DNA of 51,114 bases. Source: Gemmatimonadota bacterium. GTDB lineage: Bacteria > Gemmatimonadota > Gemmatimonadetes > Gemmatimonadales > GWC2-71-9. Positions 11,630-21,483 of the stretch are shown here, one piece after another. The notes beneath the pieces are model-generated. The model saw nothing but the letters and a program-made list of their open reading frames with translations. It was not told the DNA's origin and ran no database searches. Every line of letters begins with the position of its first letter. The first letter of the stretch is position 1. The position numbers were made by a program, and so were the translations under genes. The DNA lies in contig JBDHCY010000025.1 in NCBI GenBank assembly GCA_039591795.1, positions 1 through 51,114 on the forward strand, written 5' to 3'.

Positions 11630-13058
11630 CATACGCGTGCTGATCTGCGCCGCATGTGTCGTGGTCGGGTGCGCCACCGAGCAGCGCCTCAACGTCGTCA
11701 TGATCGTCGTGGACGATCTGGGCTGGACCGATACGGGCGCGTACGGGAGCGCGTTTTACGAGACACCGAACATCGATCGGCTGGCGGCCTCTGGTGCACG
11801 CTTCACGCAATTCTACACCGCCAGCCCGGTCTGCTCGCCGACCCGAGCGGGCCTCATGACCGGCAAACACCCGGCACGCGTCAACATCACCAATTGGATC
11901 GGCGGCGAGCAGAAGGGACGACTTCTCCAAGCAGACTACGAGCGTCAGTTGGGGCTCGACGAGGTGACCCTAGGAGAGGCGTTTCACGAAGTTGGGTACG
12001 CCACGGGCTACATCGGTAAGTGGCACCTGGGAGCGGGTGGGTTTCTTCCCGACGCACAGGGATTCGACTTCATGTTTGCGGTCAATCATGCGGGGCAACC
12101 GGGCTCGTACTTCTATCCGTACGAGAATCCCAATTGGCCCATCACCAACGTGCCCGATCTCTCCGACAGCGACTCGAGTGCGTATCTCACGGATCGACTC
12201 ACCGACGAGGCCGTGGCATTTCTCGATCGCCACCGGGCTGAGCCATTCCTGTTGGTGCTGTCGCACTACGCCGTACACACGCCGCTCCAGTCGAAAGTCG
12301 GCCTCACCGCGAAGTACGAAGCAAAGGCCGAAACGCTTGGCCCTGCAGGGGACGATGCCTTCGAGCAGGAAGGACCCTCCCGCACCAAGCGGCGGCAGGA
12401 TCATCCAGTCTACGGGGGCATGATCGAAAGCACGGACGAGAGTGTCGGGCGGATCGTGGAGCGAATCGCGGCGTTGGGTCTCGACGATCGAACCGTCGTG
12501 GTGTTCGTGTCCGACAACGGCGGGTTGAGCACGCTCCCCGCAACGTCACGCAACTTCGCAACCGCCAACGTGCCCCTACGCGCTGGGAAGGGATGGTTGT
12601 ACGAAGGTGGTATTCGTGCACCGCTGATCGTGCGAGTGCCAGGGGCGCCTGAAGGTGTCGTGATCGAGGCCCCCACGATCTCGATGGATCTCTACCCCAC
12701 GCTGCTCGAACTTGCCAGAGTCGGCATGAGGCCCGAGCAGCACCGTGACGGTGTCAGCCTTGCTCCCCTCCTGACCGGACGCGGTCAGCTCGATCGTACG
12801 GATTTGTTCTGGCATTTCCCGCACTACCATGGATCGGGCAACACGCCCTCCTCCGCCGTCAGGTCGGGCAATCTCAAGTTGATCGAGTGGTTGGAGACGA
12901 GAGACGTCGAGTTATACGACCTCTCCGCCGATCTCGGCGAGCGCCGGAATCTCGCCGAGGAGATGCCCGCTCGCACGTCGGAGCTCAAAGGGAGGCTCGA
13001 TGCGTGGCGGACGGGCGTCGATGCCCGCATGCCGAGCCCAAATCCGGACTGGCAGTAG
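11622..13058 (+). CDS. Sulfatase (Cys-type, lipoprotein)
   Basis: VVGC lipobox; DDLGW, CSPTRA, GKWHLG, SDNGG, YEGGIRAP, WHFPHY. Confidence 0.92.
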   Translation: MNSIRVLICAACVVVGCATEQRLNVVMIVVDDLGWTDTGAYGSAFYETPNIDRLAASGARFTQFYTASPVCSPTRAGLMTGKHPARVNITNWIGGEQKGRLLQADYERQLGLDEVTLGEAFHEVGYATGYIGKWHLGAGGFLPDAQGFDFMFAVNHAGQPGSYFYPYENPNWPITNVPDLSDSDSSAYLTDRLTDEAVAFLDRHRAEPFLLVLSHYAVHTPLQSKVGLTAKYEAKAETLGPAGDDAFEQEGPSRTKRRQDHPVYGGMIESTDESVGRIVERIAALGLDDRTVVVFVSDNGGLSTLPATSRNFATANVPLRAGKGWLYEGGIRAPLIVRVPGAPEGVVIEAPTISMDLYPTLLELARVGMRPEQHRDGVSLAPLLTGRGQLDRTDLFWHFPHYHGSGNTPSSAVRSGNLKLIEWLETRDVELYDLSADLGERRNLAEEMPARTSELKGRLDAWRTGVDARMPSPNPDWQ

Positions 13059-13146
13059 GACCGACGGTTTCGGTCCGCGTTCCGACGAGCTACCAGCGAG
13101 ATCATCGGATTCGGAGCACCGCCTCCCCGGTGGGCGCCGCTGATCG

Positions 13147-13152
13147 TATCTT
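13147..13152 (+). promoter_or_regulatory. -10 element (TATCTT) of probable leaderless transcript
   Basis: TANNNT hexamer 7 nt before ATG 13160; no SD. Confidence 0.45.
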
Positions 13153-13159
13153 GCCGACT

Positions 13160-15883
13160 ATGTCCGAGTTGATGTCGCGTCTTGCGACCGCTCTCGCCGG
13201 CCGCTACAAGATCGAGCGTCGCCTCGGCGAGGGCGGCATGGCCACCGTCTATCTCGCCGAGGACGTGAAGCATAAACGAAGCGTCGCGCTCAAGGTCCTG
13301 CGCCCCGAGCTTGCGGCCGTGCTCGGTGCGGAGCGGTTCGTGCAAGAGATCACGACGACGGCCGGCCTCCAACACCCCCACATCCTCCCGCTCTTCGACT
13401 CGGGCAAAGCAATCGTCCCCCCGCTCCACATCGTGGAGGGCGGGACAGAGCGAGAGCCACCCGGCGGCGACGTCTTTCTTTACTACGTCATGCCGTTCAT
13501 CGACGGGGAGACGCTGCGCGAGAAGCTCAATCGCGAGACGCAACTCGGCATCGACGAGGCCGTGCGGCTCACCACCGAGGTGGCGGATGCACTCGACTAC
13601 GCGCACCGGCAGGGTGTGATCCACCGCGACATCAAGCCGGAGAACATCCTGCTGCACGACGGGCGCCCGATGGTGGCCGATTTCGGCATCGCCCTGGCGG
13701 TCAGTGCCGCCGCGGGTGGGCGCATGACCGAGACGGGTCTCTCACTTGGCACACCGCACTACATGAGCCCCGAGCAGGCGACGGCTGAGAAGGACCTGAC
13801 GAGTCGGTCCGACCTGTACTCGCTGGGCAGCGTGCTGTACGAGATGCTGACCGGAAGCCCGCCGCACGTCGGCTCCTCGGCGCAGCAGATCATCATGAAG
13901 ATCGTGACCGACGAGGCGCGACCGGTGACGGAGGTTCGGAAGTCGGTTCCGCGAAACGTCGCGGCGGCGGTCGCGAAGTCGCTCGAGAAGCTCCCAGCCG
14001 ATCGATTTGCGACGGCGAAGGACTTCGCCGACGCGCTGCGCGATCCCGGCTTCGGCATCGGCGAGCAGCCAACCGAGGCGGTGGCACCGCGAGCGAGGAG
14101 CGCTCGGCTCGCCTGGAGCGTGGCGGCGCTCGCGGGCGTCGTCGCGGTGGCGGCGATGCTCTGGCCGCGCCCACCCGCGACGGTAGCGGCGCCCGTGTTG
14201 AGCGCGACGCTGGAGCTACCGGCCGACGTCTCGATCGACTATCCGAAGCTTGCGTTCTCTCCCGACGGGACCCGCCTCTTCGTGAGCGTGCGTCGTGACG
14301 GCGTTCGTCAGCTCTTCGAGCGCCGGCTGGACGAGTTCGGCGGACGCATCATTCCCGGCACGGTCGGCGCCCACATGCATTTCTCGTCGCGCGACGGGCA
14401 GTGGGTCGCCTATCGCGCCGGCTGGGCCGGCGGGTTCTACAAGGTGCCGGTCGCCGGTGGTCCCCCGGTCATGATCGACGACGGCGCCTCTTGGGCCGAC
14501 GGTGACTGGGCCGAGGACGGGACGCTGTACTACACCCGGAACTACATGAGCGGCATCTGGCGCGTACGGTCCGACGGCGGCGCGCCCGAATCGGTCACGA
14601 CGCCGGATTCGACCACTCACGAACTGGGACACTGGTCACCGCGCCTCTTGCCGGGTGAGCAGCACGTGCTGTACACGGCGTTCCGCACGCCGATCGATAG
14701 TGCTCGCATCGAAGTGTTCAACTTGAATACGGGCGATCGGTCGGTCGTGCTACGGGGCGGAGTGTTCGCTCAGCACGTCGAGGGATACCTGCTGTACACT
14801 CGGAACGAAGTGCTTTTCGCTGCGCCGTTCGACCTCGATGGACTGACCGTCACCGGCGAGTCACGTCCCGTGGTGGACGACGTCGCGATGAAGCCCGTGG
14901 AAGGCATGGCGGCATACGCCGTCTCCTCCAACGGAGATTTGGCCTACATCTCCGCTGCACACTTCAGCGCGCCGTCGGACCTGGTCTGGGTCGATCGAAG
15001 CGGTCGAGAGACGCTGGCCGTACCCCAGCCTGGCCGATACGAAGAGCCCGCTCTGTCGCCTGACGGCCGCCGGATCGCCGTGACGATGACGCTCAAGGGC
15101 GAAGGTGGCGACGTGTGGGTGTTGGACCCCGTCCGCGGCGTTCGGACGCGCCTCACCTCTGGGGGAGGGGTCGACTTCGGTGCGGTGTGGACTCCCGATG
15201 GCCGGTCGGTTGCCTTCAACTCGGAGCAACCGGTCTTCGACCTGTTCCTTCGCTCAGCGGACGCCAGCGGTTCCGCCCGTGAGCTGCTCGCGAGCGGCTT
15301 CGACAAGTACGCGGGCGCGTTCACTCCCAACGGCAGCCAGCTCGTCTTTGCCCGCTCGCGCGAGCAGAACCGGGAGATCTGGCGCGTTGACATCGATGGG
15401 TCCGATCCCGAGCTCGTGCTCGAAGCGGACGCGGACCTCGCCGACCCGACCATTTCACCCAACGGTCGGTGGCTCGCGTTTCAGTCTGACGAGTCGGGAC
15501 GCCGCGAGATCTACCTCGTCCCCTATCCCAACGTGGAGGACCGGCGCCAAGCGGTCTCGAGCGACGGCGGGACCGAGCCGCGCTGGACCCGCGGCGGACG
15601 AGAGCTGGTGTGGCGAAATGGCGCCGAGGTCGTGTCGGCAAGCGTCGATCCCACGAGCGGGGAGGTTGGCCGCCCAGTCGTCCTCTTTTCGGGGGACTAC
15701 CAAAGCTCCTCTCGGCAGCTGCGAGGCTGGGACGTATCGGCCGATGGAGAACGCTTTCTCCTCGTCAAGCGACCGCCCGAGCGATCCCCCCGCCAGGTGA
15801 TGCTGGTAACCAACTGGGTGGAACGGCTGCGACAGACGATGGAGTCCGGCGGTTCCCCAGACTCCGAGGGCGCCAGCCGTTAG
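13160..15883 (+). CDS. Ser/Thr kinase - TM - PD40 beta-propeller (kinase 2), with 19-aa insert in the kinase N-lobe
   Basis: Start set by alignment to paralogs (MSELMSRLATAL); full Hanks motifs; TM LAWSVAALAGVVAVAAMLW; SPDG repeats. Confidence 0.95.
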   Translation: MSELMSRLATALAGRYKIERRLGEGGMATVYLAEDVKHKRSVALKVLRPELAAVLGAERFVQEITTTAGLQHPHILPLFDSGKAIVPPLHIVEGGTEREPPGGDVFLYYVMPFIDGETLREKLNRETQLGIDEAVRLTTEVADALDYAHRQGVIHRDIKPENILLHDGRPMVADFGIALAVSAAAGGRMTETGLSLGTPHYMSPEQATAEKDLTSRSDLYSLGSVLYEMLTGSPPHVGSSAQQIIMKIVTDEARPVTEVRKSVPRNVAAAVAKSLEKLPADRFATAKDFADALRDPGFGIGEQPTEAVAPRARSARLAWSVAALAGVVAVAAMLWPRPPATVAAPVLSATLELPADVSIDYPKLAFSPDGTRLFVSVRRDGVRQLFERRLDEFGGRIIPGTVGAHMHFSSRDGQWVAYRAGWAGGFYKVPVAGGPPVMIDDGASWADGDWAEDGTLYYTRNYMSGIWRVRSDGGAPESVTTPDSTTHELGHWSPRLLPGEQHVLYTAFRTPIDSARIEVFNLNTGDRSVVLRGGVFAQHVEGYLLYTRNEVLFAAPFDLDGLTVTGESRPVVDDVAMKPVEGMAAYAVSSNGDLAYISAAHFSAPSDLVWVDRSGRETLAVPQPGRYEEPALSPDGRRIAVTMTLKGEGGDVWVLDPVRGVRTRLTSGGGVDFGAVWTPDGRSVAFNSEQPVFDLFLRSADASGSARELLASGFDKYAGAFTPNGSQLVFARSREQNREIWRVDIDGSDPELVLEADADLADPTISPNGRWLAFQSDESGRREIYLVPYPNVEDRRQAVSSDGGTEPRWTRGGRELVWRNGAEVVSASVDPTSGEVGRPVVLFSGDYQSSSRQLRGWDVSADGERFLLVKRPPERSPRQVMLVTNWVERLRQTMESGGSPDSEGASR

Positions 15884-15904
15884 CCGAGCGAACCGCCTCG
15901 GCTA
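15881..15904 (+). terminator. Stem-loop at the kinase 2 stop codon
   Basis: tagccgag...ctcggcta, perfect 8-bp stem; followed by a pyrimidine-rich tract, no clean U-run. Confidence 0.35.
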
Positions 15905-15910
15905 GAACAC

Positions 15911-15961
15911 TCCTTCGTCTTCACATCCTTCATCCGTTTGACCCGTCTTCCACCGTCCTTC
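15911..15961. repeat. Degenerate ~10-bp tandem repeat (CCGTCYT family)
   Basis: CGTC-like cores at 15916, 15924, 15935, 15944 and 15954; the last two units (acccgtcttc, caccgtcctt) match the 22.3 kb and 28.3 kb arrays. Confidence 0.45.
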
Positions 15962-15996
15962 GAATCCCCCCGCTCGCCGCGCCGATTCACCCTAGG

Positions 15997-16002
15997 TATC
16001 TT
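15997..16002 (+). promoter_or_regulatory. -10 element (TATCTT) of probable leaderless transcript
   Basis: Hexamer 8 nt before ATG 16011; no SD. Confidence 0.45.
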
Positions 16003-16010
16003 CACCAGCC

Positions 16011-18662
16011 ATGACCGATTCCATCTCGCGCCTCACTGCCGCCCTAACCGACCGCTACACCATCGAGCGCGAGCTCGGTGCCGGCGGCATGGCGACCGTC
16101 TACCTCGCACAAGACCTCCGACACGATCGAAAGGTCGCCATCAAGGTGCTGCGGCCAGAATTGGCGGCCGTGATCGGCGCCGAGCGCTTTCTCGCCGAAA
16201 TCAAGACCACGGCCAATCTCCAGCATCCCCATGTCTTGCCGTTGCACGACTCGGGAGAGGCGGACGGATTCCTCTTCTACGTGATGCCGTTCGTCGAGGG
16301 TGAGTCGCTGCGAGCCCGAGTGGACCGCGACAAGCAGATACCGGTGGGCGAGGCGGTGCGGATCGCGAGCGAAGTGGCCGACGCGCTCGACTACGCCCAT
16401 CGACACGGCGTGATTCACAGGGACATCAAGCCCGAGAACGTGCTGCTGCACGATGGCCGCGCACTCGTGGCCGATTTCGGCATCGCGCTCGCGGTGACCG
16501 CGGCGGGGGGCACGCGGCTGACGGAAACCGGGATGTCGCTCGGCACGCCCCATTACATGAGTCCCGAGCAGGCGATGGGCGAGCGGGATCTCGACGCGCG
16601 CAGCGACGTATACGCTCTGGGGTGCGTGTTGTACGAGATGCTGGCAGGAGAGCCGCCGTTCACGGGCCCCACGGCGCAAGCGATCGTGGCGAAGGTGATG
16701 ACCGCTGAGCCGGAGCCCGTCACGACCTATCGCAAGACGGTGCCGCCCCACGTCGCCAGTTCCGTGCACACGGCGCTCCAGAAGCTCCCGGCAGACCGGT
16801 TTGCCACGGCCGCAGCGCTCCGCGACGCGCTTGCCGATGCGGAGGCGACGCGCAGCGTGCCAATCTCAGCAGGAGTCGCGCGGCCCGAGGGACGCTTCGT
16901 GTCCGGATGGGCGGCGTGGAGCGTCGCCGCGGTCTTGGGCCTTGCCGCACTCTGGGGCTGGCTCCGAGCCCCGGCGACGTCGGCTCCGCCAGCCCGGTTC
17001 GCGCTTGATTTCGCCGAGCGATCGGCGCTGCTTCGCGGGGCGGTCGGCGTGACCTCGGCAGTCGCGATCTCCCCGGATGGAAGAACGATTGCGTACGTCG
17101 GGCGGGGCGAGCCCGAGACACGCCTCTACCGCCGTCCACTGGATCGCCTCGACTCCGAGCCCATTCCAGGCACGGATGGCGGCGACAGCCCATTCTTCTC
17201 GACGGATGGCCGGTGGCTCGGGTTCCGGCAGGGGAATCGCCTGAGAAAAGTCGATCTCGTCACCGGGTCGGTGGTGACGCTCGCCACGCTGGACCGATCG
17301 ACCTTGATCACCGGGGCAGCCTGGAGCGAGCGAGACACGATCTACTTGGCGCTCGAGGCGATCGGTGGCCTCTTCCGCGTCTCCGCCGAGGGCGGCGCGC
17401 TCGAGCGGGTCGCCGCCGACGACAGCCTCAGCCTCTACTGGTGGCCCTCGATGCTCCCGGGTGGCGCCTGGATGCTCTTGTCGCTGCTGTCCGACGAGTC
17501 TGGCAGGGTGAACATCGTCGCTGCGGTGTCGCTCGAATCCGGCGAGATTCGTCATCTGGTGGAGGGGGGCGCCGGTGCGCAATACCTGGACGACGGCCGC
17601 ATGGTGTACTTCCTGCCCGACGGCACGGGCGTCACCGCACCGCTCGACCCGCGTGACCCGCAGCCGACGACGGTCCGCGCACCCGTCGGCGAGTCGATTG
17701 CTCGGAACGCGTCCGGTGGTCCGCACCTCGCCGTGGCCCGCAACGGCACGGCAGTGTTCTTGATGGGTGGCGAGGCCGAGAACACGATCGTCCGCGTGGG
17801 GCGCGACGGACGGGAAACTCCGATTCTGTCCGCGCCTCGTGATTACAAGGATCCTCGGTTCTCGCCAGACGGCAGAAGGCTTGCCTATGAGATCTTGGAG
17901 GGAAACGAGGGAGACATCTGGGTCTACGAGTTCGACCGCGCCACCGCGGCGCGCATCACCTTCGAGAGTGAGAATCTGTATCCGGTCTGGTCGCCCGATG
18001 GCCGGCGTGTGGCGTTCACCTCGCGACGGTCGGGCATCGCGGCGATGTGGTGGACGGCGGCCGACGGCGGCGGAGAGGCGGAGCAGATTCTCGAGGGAAC
18101 GGAACTCCGGTTCCCCGGCGCGATCACGCCTGACGGCGGCACCCTGCTCTACCGGGAGACCGCTCCCCAGAGCGGGTTCGACATCCACGCCGTCTCCCTG
18201 ACCGGTGAGCGCACGCCGCGGCCAGTCGTGGTCACGCCCTTCAACGAGAGCTCACCCATGCTGTCGCCCGATGCGGGCTGGCTGGCCTACGTCTCGGATC
18301 GCTCGGGACGCAACGAGGTGTATGTCCGTGGGTTTGCCGAGGAAACGGCGGACTACCAGATCTCCGCCGCCGGTGGAACGGAGCCCGTGTGGGCGCCGGA
18401 CGGCCAACGACTGTATTACCGGCAAGGCGGCACGCTCCTCGAAGCGGCGCTCGAGCTGACGGGTACGGTCCGTGTGCTCAGTCGGGACTCGCTCTTCTCC
18501 GGACCGTATCTCGAGAACGTGCGTTGGCCCGAGTACGACGTCCACCCCAACGGCGAGGAATTCGTCTTTGTTCGGTTGGGTCGGTCGTCGCTCCGGCCGG
18601 TGGTGGTGCTCAACTGGGTCGAGGAGCTGAAGCGGCGTGCCGAGGGACTGGAGGGAACGTGA
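16011..18662 (+). CDS. Ser/Thr kinase - TM - PD40 beta-propeller (kinase 3)
   Basis: LGAGGMATV, VAIK, HRDIKPEN, DFG, MSPEQ; TM WAAWSVAAVLGLAALWGWL; SPDG repeats; VVLNWVEELKRR. Confidence 0.95.
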   Translation: MTDSISRLTAALTDRYTIERELGAGGMATVYLAQDLRHDRKVAIKVLRPELAAVIGAERFLAEIKTTANLQHPHVLPLHDSGEADGFLFYVMPFVEGESLRARVDRDKQIPVGEAVRIASEVADALDYAHRHGVIHRDIKPENVLLHDGRALVADFGIALAVTAAGGTRLTETGMSLGTPHYMSPEQAMGERDLDARSDVYALGCVLYEMLAGEPPFTGPTAQAIVAKVMTAEPEPVTTYRKTVPPHVASSVHTALQKLPADRFATAAALRDALADAEATRSVPISAGVARPEGRFVSGWAAWSVAAVLGLAALWGWLRAPATSAPPARFALDFAERSALLRGAVGVTSAVAISPDGRTIAYVGRGEPETRLYRRPLDRLDSEPIPGTDGGDSPFFSTDGRWLGFRQGNRLRKVDLVTGSVVTLATLDRSTLITGAAWSERDTIYLALEAIGGLFRVSAEGGALERVAADDSLSLYWWPSMLPGGAWMLLSLLSDESGRVNIVAAVSLESGEIRHLVEGGAGAQYLDDGRMVYFLPDGTGVTAPLDPRDPQPTTVRAPVGESIARNASGGPHLAVARNGTAVFLMGGEAENTIVRVGRDGRETPILSAPRDYKDPRFSPDGRRLAYEILEGNEGDIWVYEFDRATAARITFESENLYPVWSPDGRRVAFTSRRSGIAAMWWTAADGGGEAEQILEGTELRFPGAITPDGGTLLYRETAPQSGFDIHAVSLTGERTPRPVVVTPFNESSPMLSPDAGWLAYVSDRSGRNEVYVRGFAEETADYQISAAGGTEPVWAPDGQRLYYRQGGTLLEAALELTGTVRVLSRDSLFSGPYLENVRWPEYDVHPNGEEFVFVRLGRSSLRPVVVLNWVEELKRRAEGLEGT

Positions 18663-18711
18663 GAAGGACGCTGCCGGACCGCGGTGACAAAGCAGCTCGG
18701 GTGCCGACTTC

Positions 18712-21402
18712 ATGAGCGACGCGTTCGAGCGTCTGCGCAGCGCGCTCGCCGACCGCTACACCATCGAGCGCGAGCTCGGCGCCGGCGGTATGGCGACCGT
18801 CTACCTCGCGCACGACGTCAAGCACAACCGCAAAGTCGCAGTGAAGGTTCTGCGGCCGGAGCTCACGGCCATCTTGGGCGGCGAGCGCTTTCTCAAAGAG
18901 ATCGAGGTCACCGCCAACTTGCAGCACCCGAACATTCTCCCGCTCTACGATTCGGGTGAGGCCGCTTCCTTCCTTTACTACGTGATGCCGTACATCGAAG
19001 GCGAGTCGCTGCGCGACCGGCTCAATCGGGAGAAGCAGCTCGCCGTCGACGAAGCCGTCGAGATCGCCCGTGCCGTGGCGGGGGCGCTGGACTTCGCGCA
19101 CCAGCGGGGCGTGATCCATCGCGACATCAAGCCGGAAAACATTCTGCTGCAAGCCGGGCAGGCGCTGGTGGCCGACTTCGGCATCGCGCTCGCGCTGAGC
19201 GCCGCGGGCGGCGGCACGCGACTCACCGAGACCGGCCTGTCGGTTGGCACACCGCACTACATGTCGCCAGAGCAGGCCTCGGCCGACCGCGAGCTCGACG
19301 GTCGCACCGATCTCTACTCGCTCGGGGCGATGCTGTACGAAATGCTGGTGGGACAGCCGCCCTTTATCGCTCCGTCAGCGCAGGCGATCGTCGCGAAGAT
19401 CCTCACTGAGGTTCCGGCACCCGTCTCCAAAGACAGGACGGCGGTGCCGCCGCATGTCGATGCCGCGATTCAGATGAGCCTCGCCAAGTTGCCGGCGGAC
19501 CGTTTCACCTCCGCCGCTGCCTTCTCGGCAGCACTGGTGAACCCCGCGTTCACGCTCGCCGACACCGCGATCGCGCCCGGGGCAGTCGGGGTCGGTGCGC
19601 CACGGAAACGGCGAGCACGTGACTGGGCCCTGGCCGTCGGGCTCGTGGCAGTCGGCCTCATCGTCGGAGTCCTCGTCCCCAAGCGCGGTGCGGAAGGGCC
19701 GCACACGGTGCGATTCCACCTGACGCTCCCCACTGGGCAGCGTCTCGACGTGCGGGCCGGCGAGGACGCTCCGTTCGCCCTCTCGCCGGACGGCACCCGC
19801 ATCGTCTACGCGGCGATCGATTCCGGCTCGGCGGTGAGCAAGCTCTACATCCGGCCGCTCGACCAGATCGCCGGCGTGGAGCTTCCGGGGACCGACGACG
19901 CGACGGCTCCCTTCTTTTCGCCAGACGGGCTGTGGGTGGGGTTCACCACCCTGGAAGACGAGAAGCTCAAGAAGGTCCCGGTGACGGGGGGGCCAGCGAT
20001 CACACTCGCGGACGACGTGCAGAATCAGTTCGCCGGCGCATCGTGGGGGGACGATGGCTACATCGTCTACATGTCGACGGGCTGGGTGCTCTCACGGGTG
20101 AGCGGTGCGGGAGGCGTCCCGCAGCGCTTGGTGGAACCCGATAGCGTCGACTTCGCCATGTTCTGGCCCTCGGTGCTCCCAGGCAGCGACGCGGTGCTGT
20201 TCGAGCGCTGCTACCAAACCTGTACTCGCGCGGACCTCGCCGTGCTGGACATCGCATCGGGCTCGATCGACGTGCTCGTGCCCGGAGCGACGCGGGGTTG
20301 GCACGCACCCTCGGGACACCTTCTGTATGCGACCGACGACGGTGCCGTGTATGGCGTCACCTTCGATGCGCAGCGCCGAGAGATCTCGGGCTCTCCCGTG
20401 CCGCTGCTCGACGTCGTTCGAGCCGGGCTCGCGAACGGGTCCCGGCTCGGCATCTCCGAGTCGGGGGCCATGGTCTACTTGCCCGGTGTGGCTCAGGCCG
20501 GATGGCAGGTGGTCCAGGTCGATCGGTCCGGACGTGAGACCGTCGTGCTTGCCCGGGAGGGCCCGTACGCCCATCCACGGTGGTCGCCAGACGGAGAGCG
20601 CATCGCGATGACGGTGCTCGGGGAGAGCGGTCAGATCTGGATCTACGACGTCCCGTCGCAAACGCTCACGCAGCTCACATCCGAGGGCAGCAATCAACGA
20701 CCGACGTGGTCGCCCGATGGAAGTCGGGTGGCATTCTTCTCGACGCGGGCCGATACGTCCGATCTGTACTGGAAGCCAGCCGATGGATCGGGACCGGCTG
20801 AGCGCATTGCAGAAGGTGAAGACACGCAGAACGTCGGCACGACGTTCTGGACTCGTGACGGAGCGTGGATCGTCTTCGACGGGCGTCAAGAACGGGACGC
20901 TACGGACGAGAACATCTACGCCGTCCGCACCGACTCGAACCGCACTCGCCAGCCGGCCGTCGCCAGCGGCGCCGAGGAAGAAACCGGCTCCGTGTCACCC
21001 AATGGTGAATGGATTGCGTACGGCTCCGACGAGTCCGGTGTGTGGCAGGTGTACGTGCGTCCGTTCATGGCCGAAGGTGGGCGCTGGCTCGTCTCGACGG
21101 GCGGCGCCGGCACGCCCCTGTGGGCGTCGGACACCGAGGTCGTCTACGTGGACTACGCGACGGGTAACTTCGTCGCGGCCATGCTGGAGCTCGGCGAGAC
21201 CGTGCGGGTGGTCGAGCGAACGCCACTCTTCGCCACCAATTCGTATGCGTACTCGGAGAACTCGCCGATGTACGACGTCTCGCGTGACGGTCAGACGTTC
21301 CTCTTTCTCAAAGGACAGCAAGCCTCGGAGGCCCAGCCGATCGTCGTGCTGAATTGGTTCGAGGAGATCAAGAGGCGGATTGAGGAGCAGGGGGGGAGGT
21401 AG
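18712..21402 (+). CDS. Ser/Thr kinase - TM - PD40 beta-propeller (kinase 4)
   Basis: Same Hanks motifs; TM WALAVGLVAVGLIVGVLV; WSPDG repeats; VVLNWFEEIKRR. Confidence 0.95.
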   Translation: MSDAFERLRSALADRYTIERELGAGGMATVYLAHDVKHNRKVAVKVLRPELTAILGGERFLKEIEVTANLQHPNILPLYDSGEAASFLYYVMPYIEGESLRDRLNREKQLAVDEAVEIARAVAGALDFAHQRGVIHRDIKPENILLQAGQALVADFGIALALSAAGGGTRLTETGLSVGTPHYMSPEQASADRELDGRTDLYSLGAMLYEMLVGQPPFIAPSAQAIVAKILTEVPAPVSKDRTAVPPHVDAAIQMSLAKLPADRFTSAAAFSAALVNPAFTLADTAIAPGAVGVGAPRKRRARDWALAVGLVAVGLIVGVLVPKRGAEGPHTVRFHLTLPTGQRLDVRAGEDAPFALSPDGTRIVYAAIDSGSAVSKLYIRPLDQIAGVELPGTDDATAPFFSPDGLWVGFTTLEDEKLKKVPVTGGPAITLADDVQNQFAGASWGDDGYIVYMSTGWVLSRVSGAGGVPQRLVEPDSVDFAMFWPSVLPGSDAVLFERCYQTCTRADLAVLDIASGSIDVLVPGATRGWHAPSGHLLYATDDGAVYGVTFDAQRREISGSPVPLLDVVRAGLANGSRLGISESGAMVYLPGVAQAGWQVVQVDRSGRETVVLAREGPYAHPRWSPDGERIAMTVLGESGQIWIYDVPSQTLTQLTSEGSNQRPTWSPDGSRVAFFSTRADTSDLYWKPADGSGPAERIAEGEDTQNVGTTFWTRDGAWIVFDGRQERDATDENIYAVRTDSNRTRQPAVASGAEEETGSVSPNGEWIAYGSDESGVWQVYVRPFMAEGGRWLVSTGGAGTPLWASDTEVVYVDYATGNFVAAMLELGETVRVVERTPLFATNSYAYSENSPMYDVSRDGQTFLFLKGQQASEAQPIVVLNWFEEIKRRIEEQGGR

Positions 21403-21483
21403 GAAAAACGAAGGCCTACCACCTCGCCAACACACGGAATCTCGCATACCATCTCTCCCTTCACCCCAATTGGAGTCGCGCCA

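Noticed and set aside
1375-21402. Diversity-generating retroelement acting on the kinase ectodomains
   Set aside because: No reverse transcriptase and no near-identical TR/VR pair with adenine-specific differences seen.
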